Source: Planctomycetota bacterium
Lineage (GTDB): Bacteria; Planctomycetota; JBDREB01
DNA: 33,091 nucleotides
Direction: 5' to 3'
Assembly (NCBI GenBank): GCA_043820325.1
Contig: JBDREB010000262.1
Span: 1 to 33,091 of the forward strand
Below the pieces are notes generated by a model. It had not been told where the DNA came from and ran no database searches. It saw only the letters and a list, made by a program, of their open reading frames with translations. Positions 18,723 through 28,100 of the stretch are shown here, in pieces (within the stretch, counting starts at the first letter, position 1; the number at the start of each line of letters is the position of its first letter). Made by a program: the position numbers and the translations under genes.

Positions 18723-19130
18723 ATGGAATTGAAATCGGTTGAAGTGGACCTGGACGACGGGGAGAAGGTGGAACTGTTGAAACGGACGGTCAATGACCGG
18801 ACCAAGGAGCTTCTGGAAGTGGAGCGGCGCATCCGCGAACTCAAGCGGGAGGACGCCGAGCGGGATTACCTGGCCGCTTTCATCGGGGTCGAATACATCA
18901 ACCCCGAGGGCCAGAATCACGCGGCGGAGATCGAGCCCCTGATGCAGAAGCGGGAGCTCCTGGCCTACATCGTCACCATGAGCGAAAAAAAGCTCAACGA
19001 AGTGCTGCATGGCATGCCCGCGGGTGCCGCGGCCGCGGCAGCCGCCGCGCCATTGCGCAACCGGTCCCTGCCCGGCAGCTCCCCCAAAGGCGGCGCCGGC
19101 CGGGCCCAGTGGGGCAATCCGTCCGCATGA
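18723..19130 (+). CDS. small coiled-coil hypothetical protein
   Basis: AGGAG RBS before ATG 18723, charged helical sequence with protein-like composition, fills the gap between the two GT genes. Confidence 0.65.
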   Translation: MELKSVEVDLDDGEKVELLKRTVNDRTKELLEVERRIRELKREDAERDYLAAFIGVEYINPEGQNHAAEIEPLMQKRELLAYIVTMSEKKLNEVLHGMPAGAAAAAAAAPLRNRSLPGSSPKGGAGRAQWGNPSA

Positions 19131-19180
19131 GCGCCGGCCCGGGACCGGCCGCCGGCCGGGTGGGCGGGGGCGCGTGACCC

Positions 19181-20314
19181 ATGCGCATCGGTCTGGACGC
19201 GATGCTCCTGTCGGGGCGGTACAGCGGGGTCGAAAACTACATCCTCAACCTGACCCGCCACCTGGGCGGGGCGCCGGGGGCGGAGGTGACGGCCTTCGTG
19301 CCGCGGGGTTTCCGGCGCGCCGCCCTGCGGACCCACGGCCCCGTATGCATCCGCCGGGCGCTGGTGGGGGGGGGGATCCGTTCCCTGCGTATCGCGTGGG
19401 AACAGCTGTGGCTGCCGTTCAAGCTGGTGGGGTCGGGGGTCGACCTGGTCCATTTCCCCGGCAGCATCCACCCGATCACCAAGGGGATCGCCACCGTGCT
19501 CACGGTCCATGACGCGATCGCCGTCACGACGCCCGATCTGTGCGACCCCGGCAACACCCGGTATTACGCGCGGTTCATGCCCCGGTCCGTGGCGCGCGCC
19601 ACCCGGATCATCACGCCCACCGCGGCCGTGAAGGATGACATCTGCCGACTGTTCAAGGCCGACCCGGGCCGGGTCGATGTGATCCCCATGGGGACGGACA
19701 TAGCCGGCGCACCGGCCGCCGCGCCCGTCCGGCGGATCTACGGGCTCGGCGATGCCCCGTACATCCTGTTCGTGGGCAACCGTGAGCCGAAGAAGGGGCT
19801 GGTCCTGCTGGTCAAGGCCCTGTTCGCGGCCGTCATGCACCGGGAGCTGGATTGCTGGCTGGTGATCGCCGGGCACAAGGGGTGGCGGCAGGGCGGTTTC
19901 GAGCGTCTGCTCCGGGAACTGGGCCCCCGGTTCGGCGAACGGGTCATCATGCCCGGCTATGTGCCGGAGGCGCATCTGGCCGGGTTATACCGGGAGGCGA
20001 CCCTCTTCGTCTTCCCCTCCCTTCTGGAAGGGTTCGGCATCCCGCCGCTCGAAGCCATGGCCTGCGGGACACCGGTGCTCCTTTCCGACACCTCGGCCCT
20101 GCGTGAGGTCTACCAGGGGCACGCCCATTTTTTCCGCAACGGCGATCTGCCCGACCTGCGGACAAAGCTCGAAACGCTCATGACCGACCCGGCCCAACGC
20201 CTGGAGCATGCGGCCGGTGCCCGGGAGTGGGCCGCGGGCATGACCTGGGCACAATGCGCGCAAAAGACGCTGGCCACCTACCGCCAGGCCATCCGCGATC
20301 ATTCCGGAAAGTAA
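19181..20314 (+). CDS. GT4 family (group 1) glycosyltransferase
   Basis: MRIGLDA, TVHD, YILFVGNREPKKG, FPSLLEGFGIPPLEAMACGTPV (EX7E). Confidence 0.92.
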   Translation: MRIGLDAMLLSGRYSGVENYILNLTRHLGGAPGAEVTAFVPRGFRRAALRTHGPVCIRRALVGGGIRSLRIAWEQLWLPFKLVGSGVDLVHFPGSIHPITKGIATVLTVHDAIAVTTPDLCDPGNTRYYARFMPRSVARATRIITPTAAVKDDICRLFKADPGRVDVIPMGTDIAGAPAAAPVRRIYGLGDAPYILFVGNREPKKGLVLLVKALFAAVMHRELDCWLVIAGHKGWRQGGFERLLRELGPRFGERVIMPGYVPEAHLAGLYREATLFVFPSLLEGFGIPPLEAMACGTPVLLSDTSALREVYQGHAHFFRNGDLPDLRTKLETLMTDPAQRLEHAAGAREWAAGMTWAQCAQKTLATYRQAIRDHSGK

Positions 20315-20335
20315 GTGTTAACATCGAATTTTCGC

Positions 20336-20363
20336 TTGACTTATGCCGTTTTTATGGTCTAAT
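20336..20363 (+). promoter_or_regulatory. sigma70-like promoter of tRNA-Ser
   Basis: TTGACT-N16-TCTAAT with TG extended -10. Confidence 0.55.
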
Positions 20364-20402
20364 TTTCTATCTTTAGACCCTTTGTGCATTGTCCTCACGC
20401 GC

Positions 20403-20497
20403 GGAGAGGTGGCAGAGTGGCCGAATGCGGCAGGTTGCTAACCTGTTGAAGGGTCTTATGGACTCTTCCGCGGGTTCAAATCCCGCCCTCTCCGCCA
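20403..20497 (+). tRNA. tRNA-Ser(GCT)
   Basis: GGAGAGG/CCTCTCC acceptor stem, G73, encoded CCA, anticodon arm gcagg-TTGCTAA-cctgt, 8-bp variable arm, GTTCAAATC T-loop. Confidence 0.95.
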
Positions 20498-20586
20498 TTT
20501 TTTTTATTGGGGATGTTCAGGGCTGCATGGATTCACCGGCATTGGATGCGGGAATGCCATGCCGGCCGGGCTTTAAGGGGTGCGTG

Positions 20587-20982
20587 GTGGAACAAGTACT
20601 GATCATCGATGACAATCAGGATCTGGCAGTGCTCCTGGCTGAAACCTGCACCCGCGATGGATTGGCGGCCATCAGCATGACGGAGGGTGTCGCGGCTGTG
20701 GATCTGGTCCGGGAGCGGGCCGCGGCGGGGAGTGCCCCGCGTGTCTGCCTGATGGATGTGGCGATGCCCGGACTGCACGGGGTCAAGCTCATGCGGGAGC
20801 TCAAAAAGGTCCATGGCGAGATCCGGATCATGGCCATGACGGGATTTTCAGGTACGGCCGATCTCGAGGAAATGCGGCGGGAGGGGCTGGTCGAACTGTT
20901 TTTCAAGCCGTTCCGCACCCGCGAGGTCATTGCCAAGATCAAATTCGTTCTCTCCTCCCCTCCGCAGGGGCCGCAGCCGTGA
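20587..20982 (+). CDS. single-domain response regulator (CheY-like receiver)
   Basis: VLIIDD, LMDVAMP phosphoacceptor, MTG, FKPF. GTG at 20584 or 20587 after AAGGGG; the ORF-track start at 20389 overlaps the tRNA. Confidence 0.88.
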   Translation: MEQVLIIDDNQDLAVLLAETCTRDGLAAISMTEGVAAVDLVRERAAAGSAPRVCLMDVAMPGLHGVKLMRELKKVHGEIRIMAMTGFSGTADLEEMRREGLVELFFKPFRTREVIAKIKFVLSSPPQGPQP

Positions 20983-23900
20983 TTGTGGTCGGCTTGCTGG
21001 CGCCGGAGTCCCTGAAGGCCGTGTTCGGTTTTATGGCCGGCCAGGGCGTGACCGGGTCGCTGCGGGTGTCCGACGGCACGAGTGAAAAACTGTTCTTCAT
21101 CCGGCCGGGCGCGGTCAAACTCTTTTCGATCGGCGGCCGCAAACGCATCATGCTGGGCGAAGTCCTGATCTTGATGGGGGCGGTCACCAAGGAACAGTTC
21201 GATCAGGCGCTCTACCTCCATAAAACCACGGGCCTCAAACTCGGCGCCGTGCTCAAGGAGATGGGCGCCCTGAACGACGCCACCCTTACCCAGGGGGTCG
21301 AGAATGTGGTCTTCGAGGAGGTCTACGACCTCCTCTTCTGGGAGGGCGCCGCCTTCCGGTTCACCGAACAGATGGCCGAACCGGCGCTGGAGGGGACCGA
21401 CCTGCGCCATACCGAACTGGCCATCGACAGCCGCCAGTTCCTGACCGAGGTGGCGGGGAAGATCGACGAGATCGATGTCCTCCGGCAATGGATCCCCGAC
21501 AGCCGCGTGATCTTCACCCTCAAACGCAATGTCCGCCGCGAGGACTGCATTGCCAAGGTCCCCGGGTATTCCAGCCGGATGATCGTCGACCTGATCGACG
21601 GCGAACGGTCCGTGGACGACATCTGTGCCCAGGCCAAGTTGAGCCGGTACGAAGTCTACCGGGTGATCAGCCTCTACCTGTCGGAGGGTTTCATCCAGGA
21701 AGCTACGATGGACGGGTTCCGCCGGCGGGCCGAGGAACACCTGGCGGCCGGTCGCGGGGCCGACGCCCTCCGGATGTTGGCCTGTTTCACCGCGCGCGGC
21801 GGCGATCGCGCCGCAGTGCTCCAACTGCTGGCGCAGGCCCGGGAGCTCACGGGGGACAAAACGGCCGCCGCGGCCGACTTGGGCGAATACGGCGACCAGT
21901 GCTTCGCCGCCGGCCGGACCGCCGAGGGCGTCGGCGCCTTCGAGAAAGCGATCACCCTGTGGCCCGACAACATCGACCTGGTGGTCCATTACGCGGACAT
22001 TCTCAAGAGGCAGGGCAAGACGATCGAGTGGGCGGTGCAGCTGGAGCGGGCGGGCAAGCTTTTTGAAAAGGCGGGCAGCACGGACCGGGCGATCGAGACC
22101 TTCCGCACGGTGCTGCAGTCGTTCAAAAGTTCCCCCTACGCCCAACGGCAGCTGGCCAAGCTCACCTGCGGCCGGCTGCCGCCGGCGGAACAGGCCGTAT
22201 GCATCCTGTGCCCGGTCTGTGAGACGCGCAGCAGCCGTGACACCGAGACCTGCCCCGGCTGCGGCCAGAAGCTCTATCACGCCTGCCTTGCATGCAGCAA
22301 GTCCATCCCGGTCAGCGACAGCGCCTGCGAGCACTGCCACGGCAGTCCCCATGCCACCGCTGACAGTTCGGCCATCCTCCACCACGGCGACGCGCTCCTG
22401 GACGAGAACGCCGTGGCCGAGGAAACGCGCGCGCCCGGCGAAATGACGGTGGAGGCGTTCTGGCAGGGCAAATTCGCGTTCTACACCAAGCGGGCCCGGG
22501 AACACCGCGAGGCCCTCCGTTTCACCGCGGCGCTGCGTGACCTGGAAATGGCCCTGCTCATCAACCCCAACGACACGGGGATCAAGTGCGATGCCGAACA
22601 GATCAAGGTCATGGCCGCGGACCAGGAGCTGGCCGCCCTGTCCGACCGGGTCATGGTGGCCCAGCACCGCCGTCAATGGGGCGCGGCGGTCAAAGCCTGC
22701 CGCGAACTCCTGCGCCGGGTCGATCCGGACCATCCCCACCGGGCCGATGTCAATTCGCTGTTGGGCGAGAACCAGGCGCGGTCCCGCCGCAAACTGGTCG
22801 TATCCGGCTCCGTCCTGGCCGGGCTGGCGCTCATCGGCATCGGGCTTTGGGTCCGCCAGGCCGTGACCCAGGGGCGCAGGGCGGCCTGCATCGCGGCGGT
22901 CCGGCAGGCCGCCGCGGCCCTCACCGACCGGACCCCCGCCAATTACCGGGCGGTGCTGGACGGCCTCAAGGCCAGTGAGATCGAATACAGCGGCGATCCC
23001 GACCTGCGGCAGCTCTGCGCCACCCAATGGACGGAAACGCGGCGGGCCTATGCGATGCTGGCCGTCCGGATGATCGCCGAGGCGCGCGCCGCCGGCCAGG
23101 CCGGGAAACCGGAGCAGGCCATCGCCGTGCTGCGGGGGCTGCGGGAAGCCTTTCCCGACCTGACCGATACCGAACTGGCCGAGATCAATACGATCGAGGG
23201 TGAGGTGACCGCGTTCCAGGGACAGATCGAGGCGCGCGACCGGTTCCTGGCCGAGCAGTCCGCCGCCCGGGAGCAGGCGGCCCGGGTTGGTGCGGCCCTG
23301 GCCGCCGGCCGGATCAACGAGGCGGCCGGCCTTGCGGCGGCCGTCCAGGCGGCGCTGGGCCGCGTTCCGGAATTATTCGATGCCCCCGAGCGGGCGGCCT
23401 TTGAAACCCAGGCCGCCGCGATGGATGCGGCGATCGCCGCGGTGACCGCCGCGGCGGGTGAGACCGAAGCCTGGATCCGCGGCGGCCGGTTCGAGGACGC
23501 CCGCCGCCGTATCGGCGAGCTTCGGGCCCGGTACGGCACGACCGATATTCTGGCCGGCATCGATCGACTGGCCGGGTTCCTGGACACGACCGAACGGTTC
23601 GTGGCCGCGGAATACGAGGCGGCCAAGGAGCTCCGCGGCAAGGGGGAATTCGACGCGGCGCTCCAGAAACTGGCCGCCCTGCGGACCGGTTTTCCGGCGC
23701 TTGGGATCGCCCGCAACATTGCCCAGCTGGAACAGGATATCCGGGAATACATTGACGGCGCCCGGGAGGCGGCGGCCCGGATCGAAGTCCTCCTGGCTGA
23801 AGGCCGCGTCGCGGAGGCCCATGCGCTGACCCGCACGGTCCTGACCAGATACCCGCGCGCCCCCGAGAGCCGGCGGCTGGCGCTGCCCGTCCTGGTCTCC

Positions 23901-25139
23901 TCGCGCCCCGAGCGGACTGAACTGCGCACGCTGACGGGGGAAAAACTGGGCACGGCCCCCTGCCTGGTCATGGTCACGCCCGGGACGACCCGCGAGGTGG
24001 TGGTGGCCCGCCGGGGGTTCCTCGACCGCCGGGTGGCCATCGACGGCGGCCAGGCCGAGGTTGTGGTGCCGATCGAAAAGACGACCATCTTTCCGCCGGT
24101 AAGCCTCAAGGAGCCCGTTGTGGCCGAACCGGTCATTACCGGGTCCCTAGTCATTATCCCCAACGGCACGGGGCTGGCGGCCTTCAACATCGAGACCGGC
24201 GCCGTGATCTGGGAGGTGCCCCTCTACGAACGCAGGAAGGTGGTCCCCAAATTCGACGGCAAGGGCGGCGAAGTGTTCACGGGCAAGACCGATTTCTGGG
24301 AATTGACCGGGCGGCCCTGCCTTTACCGCGATGAAGTGGTGGTCGGCGGCCGGGATGGCCGGATCCACTTCATCAACCCCCGCACCGGGTCCCGCAACCG
24401 GGTCCTGCCCGCCGCCCCGGCCGGCGGGTATGGGGCCCTGGCCGCGGGATTGTGCATCCAGACAATACCCGTCCTGCGCAACGAGGAGATCGCGTTCTTC
24501 AGCAGCCTCGACCGGGGGCTCTATGCGGTCCCGATCGGCTCGGGCCGGCCCCGGTGGCGGACCGACCTCGGCACCGATGTCGCGGGCCTGCCCGTGGTGA
24601 ACGACCAGGGGGTGTGGATCGGCGCCGGTGACGGCACGCTCCGGCTCTGCGATATCGCCGGCGGCATGGTCCTGTCCACTTTCACCGTCGGTACGCAGCC
24701 CCTGGTGGCGTGCCTGCCCGCGGGCGACGGCATCCTTGCGGTCGGGCGGGGCGGCGCGATCACCCTGTTCAAACCGGATGGGTCCGTGGCCTGGGAGCGC
24801 GTGCTGGCCGATGAGCTCCCGGCGGCGCCGGTGATCGAGGCCGGTGCCGTGTTCTGTCCCGGCCGGACCCGGGGCTGCACGCGCCTGAACCTCGCCGACG
24901 GCCGCGCGGCTTGGTTCGCGGCCGAGGGCATGAGCGCGGTCACGGCCCCCTGCGTGGTGGCGGGCCAGGTTTTTTTGGGGACCGAGGACCGGCAGATCTG
25001 CAGCCTCGATGCCCAGACGGGCGGGGTACGCTGGAAATACGGCATCACGCACCGCGCCCAGGCCATCCTGTCACGGGGCGTCAACCTGATCGTCATCACC
25101 GATGCGGGCACCATTTATACTTTTGAGATCGAACAGTAA
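20979..25139 (+). CDS. DUF4388-like / TPR / double zinc ribbon / TM / TPR / PEGA / PQQ-propeller protein
   Basis: TGSLRV...LFF..G...LGEVL..G.VT..Q...AL and LLFWEGAAFRF; IDGERSV wHTH-like part; four CxxC pairs; single TM after RSRRK; PEGA-like VSSRPE..GTAP..RGF; propeller blades (D.QTGGVRWKY). Confidence 0.8.
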   Translation: MIVVGLLAPESLKAVFGFMAGQGVTGSLRVSDGTSEKLFFIRPGAVKLFSIGGRKRIMLGEVLILMGAVTKEQFDQALYLHKTTGLKLGAVLKEMGALNDATLTQGVENVVFEEVYDLLFWEGAAFRFTEQMAEPALEGTDLRHTELAIDSRQFLTEVAGKIDEIDVLRQWIPDSRVIFTLKRNVRREDCIAKVPGYSSRMIVDLIDGERSVDDICAQAKLSRYEVYRVISLYLSEGFIQEATMDGFRRRAEEHLAAGRGADALRMLACFTARGGDRAAVLQLLAQARELTGDKTAAAADLGEYGDQCFAAGRTAEGVGAFEKAITLWPDNIDLVVHYADILKRQGKTIEWAVQLERAGKLFEKAGSTDRAIETFRTVLQSFKSSPYAQRQLAKLTCGRLPPAEQAVCILCPVCETRSSRDTETCPGCGQKLYHACLACSKSIPVSDSACEHCHGSPHATADSSAILHHGDALLDENAVAEETRAPGEMTVEAFWQGKFAFYTKRAREHREALRFTAALRDLEMALLINPNDTGIKCDAEQIKVMAADQELAALSDRVMVAQHRRQWGAAVKACRELLRRVDPDHPHRADVNSLLGENQARSRRKLVVSGSVLAGLALIGIGLWVRQAVTQGRRAACIAAVRQAAAALTDRTPANYRAVLDGLKASEIEYSGDPDLRQLCATQWTETRRAYAMLAVRMIAEARAAGQAGKPEQAIAVLRGLREAFPDLTDTELAEINTIEGEVTAFQGQIEARDRFLAEQSAAREQAARVGAALAAGRINEAAGLAAAVQAALGRVPELFDAPERAAFETQAAAMDAAIAAVTAAAGETEAWIRGGRFEDARRRIGELRARYGTTDILAGIDRLAGFLDTTERFVAAEYEAAKELRGKGEFDAALQKLAALRTGFPALGIARNIAQLEQDIREYIDGAREAAARIEVLLAEGRVAEAHALTRTVLTRYPRAPESRRLALPVLVSSRPERTELRTLTGEKLGTAPCLVMVTPGTTREVVVARRGFLDRRVAIDGGQAEVVVPIEKTTIFPPVSLKEPVVAEPVITGSLVIIPNGTGLAAFNIETGAVIWEVPLYERRKVVPKFDGKGGEVFTGKTDFWELTGRPCLYRDEVVVGGRDGRIHFINPRTGSRNRVLPAAPAGGYGALAAGLCIQTIPVLRNEEIAFFSSLDRGLYAVPIGSGRPRWRTDLGTDVAGLPVVNDQGVWIGAGDGTLRLCDIAGGMVLSTFTVGTQPLVACLPAGDGILAVGRGGAITLFKPDGSVAWERVLADELPAAPVIEAGAVFCPGRTRGCTRLNLADGRAAWFAAEGMSAVTAPCVVAGQVFLGTEDRQICSLDAQTGGVRWKYGITHRAQAILSRGVNLIVITDAGTIYTFEIEQ

Positions 25140-25164
25140 TAACCAGAGTGGGAGATCAAAGCCT

Positions 25165-28100
25165 ATGAGTGGCGGGACGAATCAGAACCTGGTCAGCGCT
25201 TTTCAGAACATCAGTCAGGGACAGGTGACCGGCACCCTGTATGTCTTTGAAGGGGAGAAGGTCAAGTACCTCTACTTCGAACAGGGCAAGCTGATCTACC
25301 TGTCGTTCTATGTGCCCACCGTGGAAAAGATCGGCATCTCCCTCGTGAACTCCTACAAGATCACCGGGGAGCAGATGCAGGACATCTACGCCAGGGCGGC
25401 CGCGGCGGGGCTCGACCCGAAGGATGCCATGATCAACGACGGGGTCATCACGACCGGCGAGTTGAAGGAAGTGATGCAGACCCTGGTCGAGGACGAATTC
25501 TGCGAGATGTTCCAGTGGGCCGAGAGCCAGACCTCCATCCAGGAAGGACCGCCCGATCCCCAGATCTTCAACAAGGGCTTCAACACCCTGAAGATCAACT
25601 TCGATGTCGAAAACATGATCAAGTGGATCGAAAAGAAGATCGACGAGCATTTCACCATTTTCCAGTGGATCCCGGCGCTCACCAATGTGTACGCCCTCAT
25701 CGGCCCGGTGTATGATAAACTGGACCCGGCCGGATTCAACGCGCTGGACCGCCAGGTGGCCGAGTTCCTCGACGGCAATTACACCGTGGAGAACATCTGT
25801 TCCCAGCTCCGCCAGAGCTATTACAAGGTCGGTAAATCGATCATCAAGCTGCTCTCCCAAGGCGCGGCCGAGCTTTCCATCGGGCAGGGCCCGACCACCA
25901 GCATCTCCAACCAGATCAACACGGCGCAGGCCGCGGCCGGTTATGCGCCGTCGGCCCAGCCCACCCCCACGCCCCCACCGGCGCCGGCACCGGCACCGGT
26001 CCAGGACACACCGGCCCCCGCCGCCAAGGCGCCGACCAAAGCCGAGGATACCGAGGACAAGGTCGGCACCGAACCGGACCGGGACCGGACGGCGACCTCG
26101 CCGCCCGATACCGCGGCCAAGAATGTGCTGGCCTATGAGACCACGACCATCTGGACCGCGCGCAACATCGCGATCGGCGCGGCCATCCTGATCGCCGCCG
26201 GGGTCATCCTCTGGTTCGTGTTCCGCGATACGCCAGACAAGATCTATGATCGCCTCATGGCCCAGCGGGCGCAGTATTTCCCGGCGGATGGCCCGCAACG
26301 GTTTGACGAATGGATCAATGCGTTGGACGCGATCGTCCAGAACCCATCCTTCTCCATCGATCTGAAGGGGAAGGCGCAGGGCGCGATCGCCAAGACCCAG
26401 GTTGAGATCGATACACTGGCCGATGAGGATATCGCCGAGGCCCGCACATTGGCCGAGGCCAACAAGCTGAACGAGGCGGTCAAGCGGCTGGAGGCGACCG
26501 ACCAACGGTCCAAGAAGGCCGCGCGTCGGCAGGAGATCGTGGACATACTGGCCGCCACGATGGAGCGGCTCAAAGTCTATACCGCGGAGATCGCCGCGGT
26601 CGAGACCGTCCTGGAATCCCAGTACGCCGCCGCCCAGGCCATCCAGGACCAGGCCGCCATGCTGGCCATGTGCGGGACCCTGTCCGTTGCGGACAAGAAA
26701 TACCTCGGTTTCGCCCTGTGGGAGAACAAGCGCGATTCCTATGTGCGCAAATTCCGGGTGCTGCGCGATTCAGTCGATGAAAAGCTCACCGTCGCCTGGC
26801 TGACGGAGCTCAACGATACCCGCAATCTCAAGAAGGTCGAAGACGGCCTGCATGCGATCGCCAAACGCAACGACATCCGGGCCCACATGCCCGAGAGTTT
26901 CGGCGATCGCGCGGCCAAGGCGATCACCACGGTCCGCAGCCAGGCGCGCGGCGAATGCGATGCCATCGAGGCCGGACTGGCCAAGAACAAGTTCAGCCAG
27001 ACCATGGAAGCCATCGCCGCATTCAATGACCACTATCCGTGGTACGAGGACATCGGCCGCCTGGCGGAACAGGCAACCGCCGTGCAGTCCCTGGTGGCGG
27101 CGAACGACGAGTTGCTCCGCAAGGCCACCGAGGCCTGCCAGCGTGAGCAGCTCGATGCCTACCGCGAGGCGATCGGCCTGTTCGAGAAGATCGAGGCGCG
27201 TTCCCGGCACTTTGACCAGGCCGCATACAAGGCCGGCTTTCTCAAGGACCTCCTCAAGGCCCTGGATGGCTGGCAGACCGCGGCCAACCGGAACCAGTGC
27301 CTGCGGGCCCTGGACGCCTTCATGGGTGAACAGCAGGCCAAGCTCAATCCCGAGGATCGGGAGCTGGTGCTCCGGTGGCGGGACAAGATCGAGGACTACG
27401 AAAAGAAATCCAACGACCAGTTCAAGAACATCCTGGACGCCCTGGCCCGGGATAACCAGATCGATCAGGCGCTGACCGATCTGGAGCGGCTCATCAAGGA
27501 CTTCCCCGAATCCACCGGTTCCGAGCGCGCCACGCGCCAGCGGGAGGAGATCAAGTCCATAATGCAGGCGGCCCAGGAGACCGCGGGGAAGATCGCGGTG
27601 TGCCTGGACGAGCACAAGTACGACGCGGCCCGGGATCTCAAGGAGGCGTTCGTCAAGAACCGGCAGCCCTGGGCCCAGGCGATGCTTCCGGTGATCCCGC
27701 TCTTTGTCAAGGCCTATCCCGCCGGCGCCGCGATCCGCGTCAACGGCAGGGAAAAAGATATCGTGGAAGGCGACGAGCCGATCGAGGTGTCGCATCCCGG
27801 GTTCACCGGTTACAAGGGGTCCGCGGGTGTGGTCAAGGGCCGGAACTATGTGCTGGTCGTCCTGAACCGGACCCCCGCCGCCGAAAAGGCCGCCGGGGTG
27901 GCGGTGACCGCCCAGCCCATCGTGGCCGATCGCGGTGTGGTCTGCCCCACGGCGACAGGGGTCGATCTCTACGACGCCAACGGCGCCAAGGTGTGGAGCC
28001 GCGAGGCCCTGGAGGGCGCCGCCGGCAATGAGCCCGCCATCCGGTTCCCGGCCGTTTACCAGGCCGACCTCGGGCGGATCTTCATCCTGGGCCGGAAGAA

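Noticed and set aside
20430-20446. CTA in the tRNA anticodon loop suggesting an amber suppressor or tRNA-Pyl
   Set aside because: The stem gcagg/cctgt gives the 7-nt loop TTGCTAA, so positions 34-36 are GCT. The long variable arm and G73 fit an ordinary tRNA-Ser
20389-20583. N-terminal extension of the receiver ORF
   Set aside because: Runs through the tRNA-Ser gene; the receiver fold begins at about 20587
22326-22340. CxxCH (CEHCH) heme c motif
   Set aside because: It is the last of four CxxC pairs of a zinc ribbon and lies on the predicted cytoplasmic side of the TM
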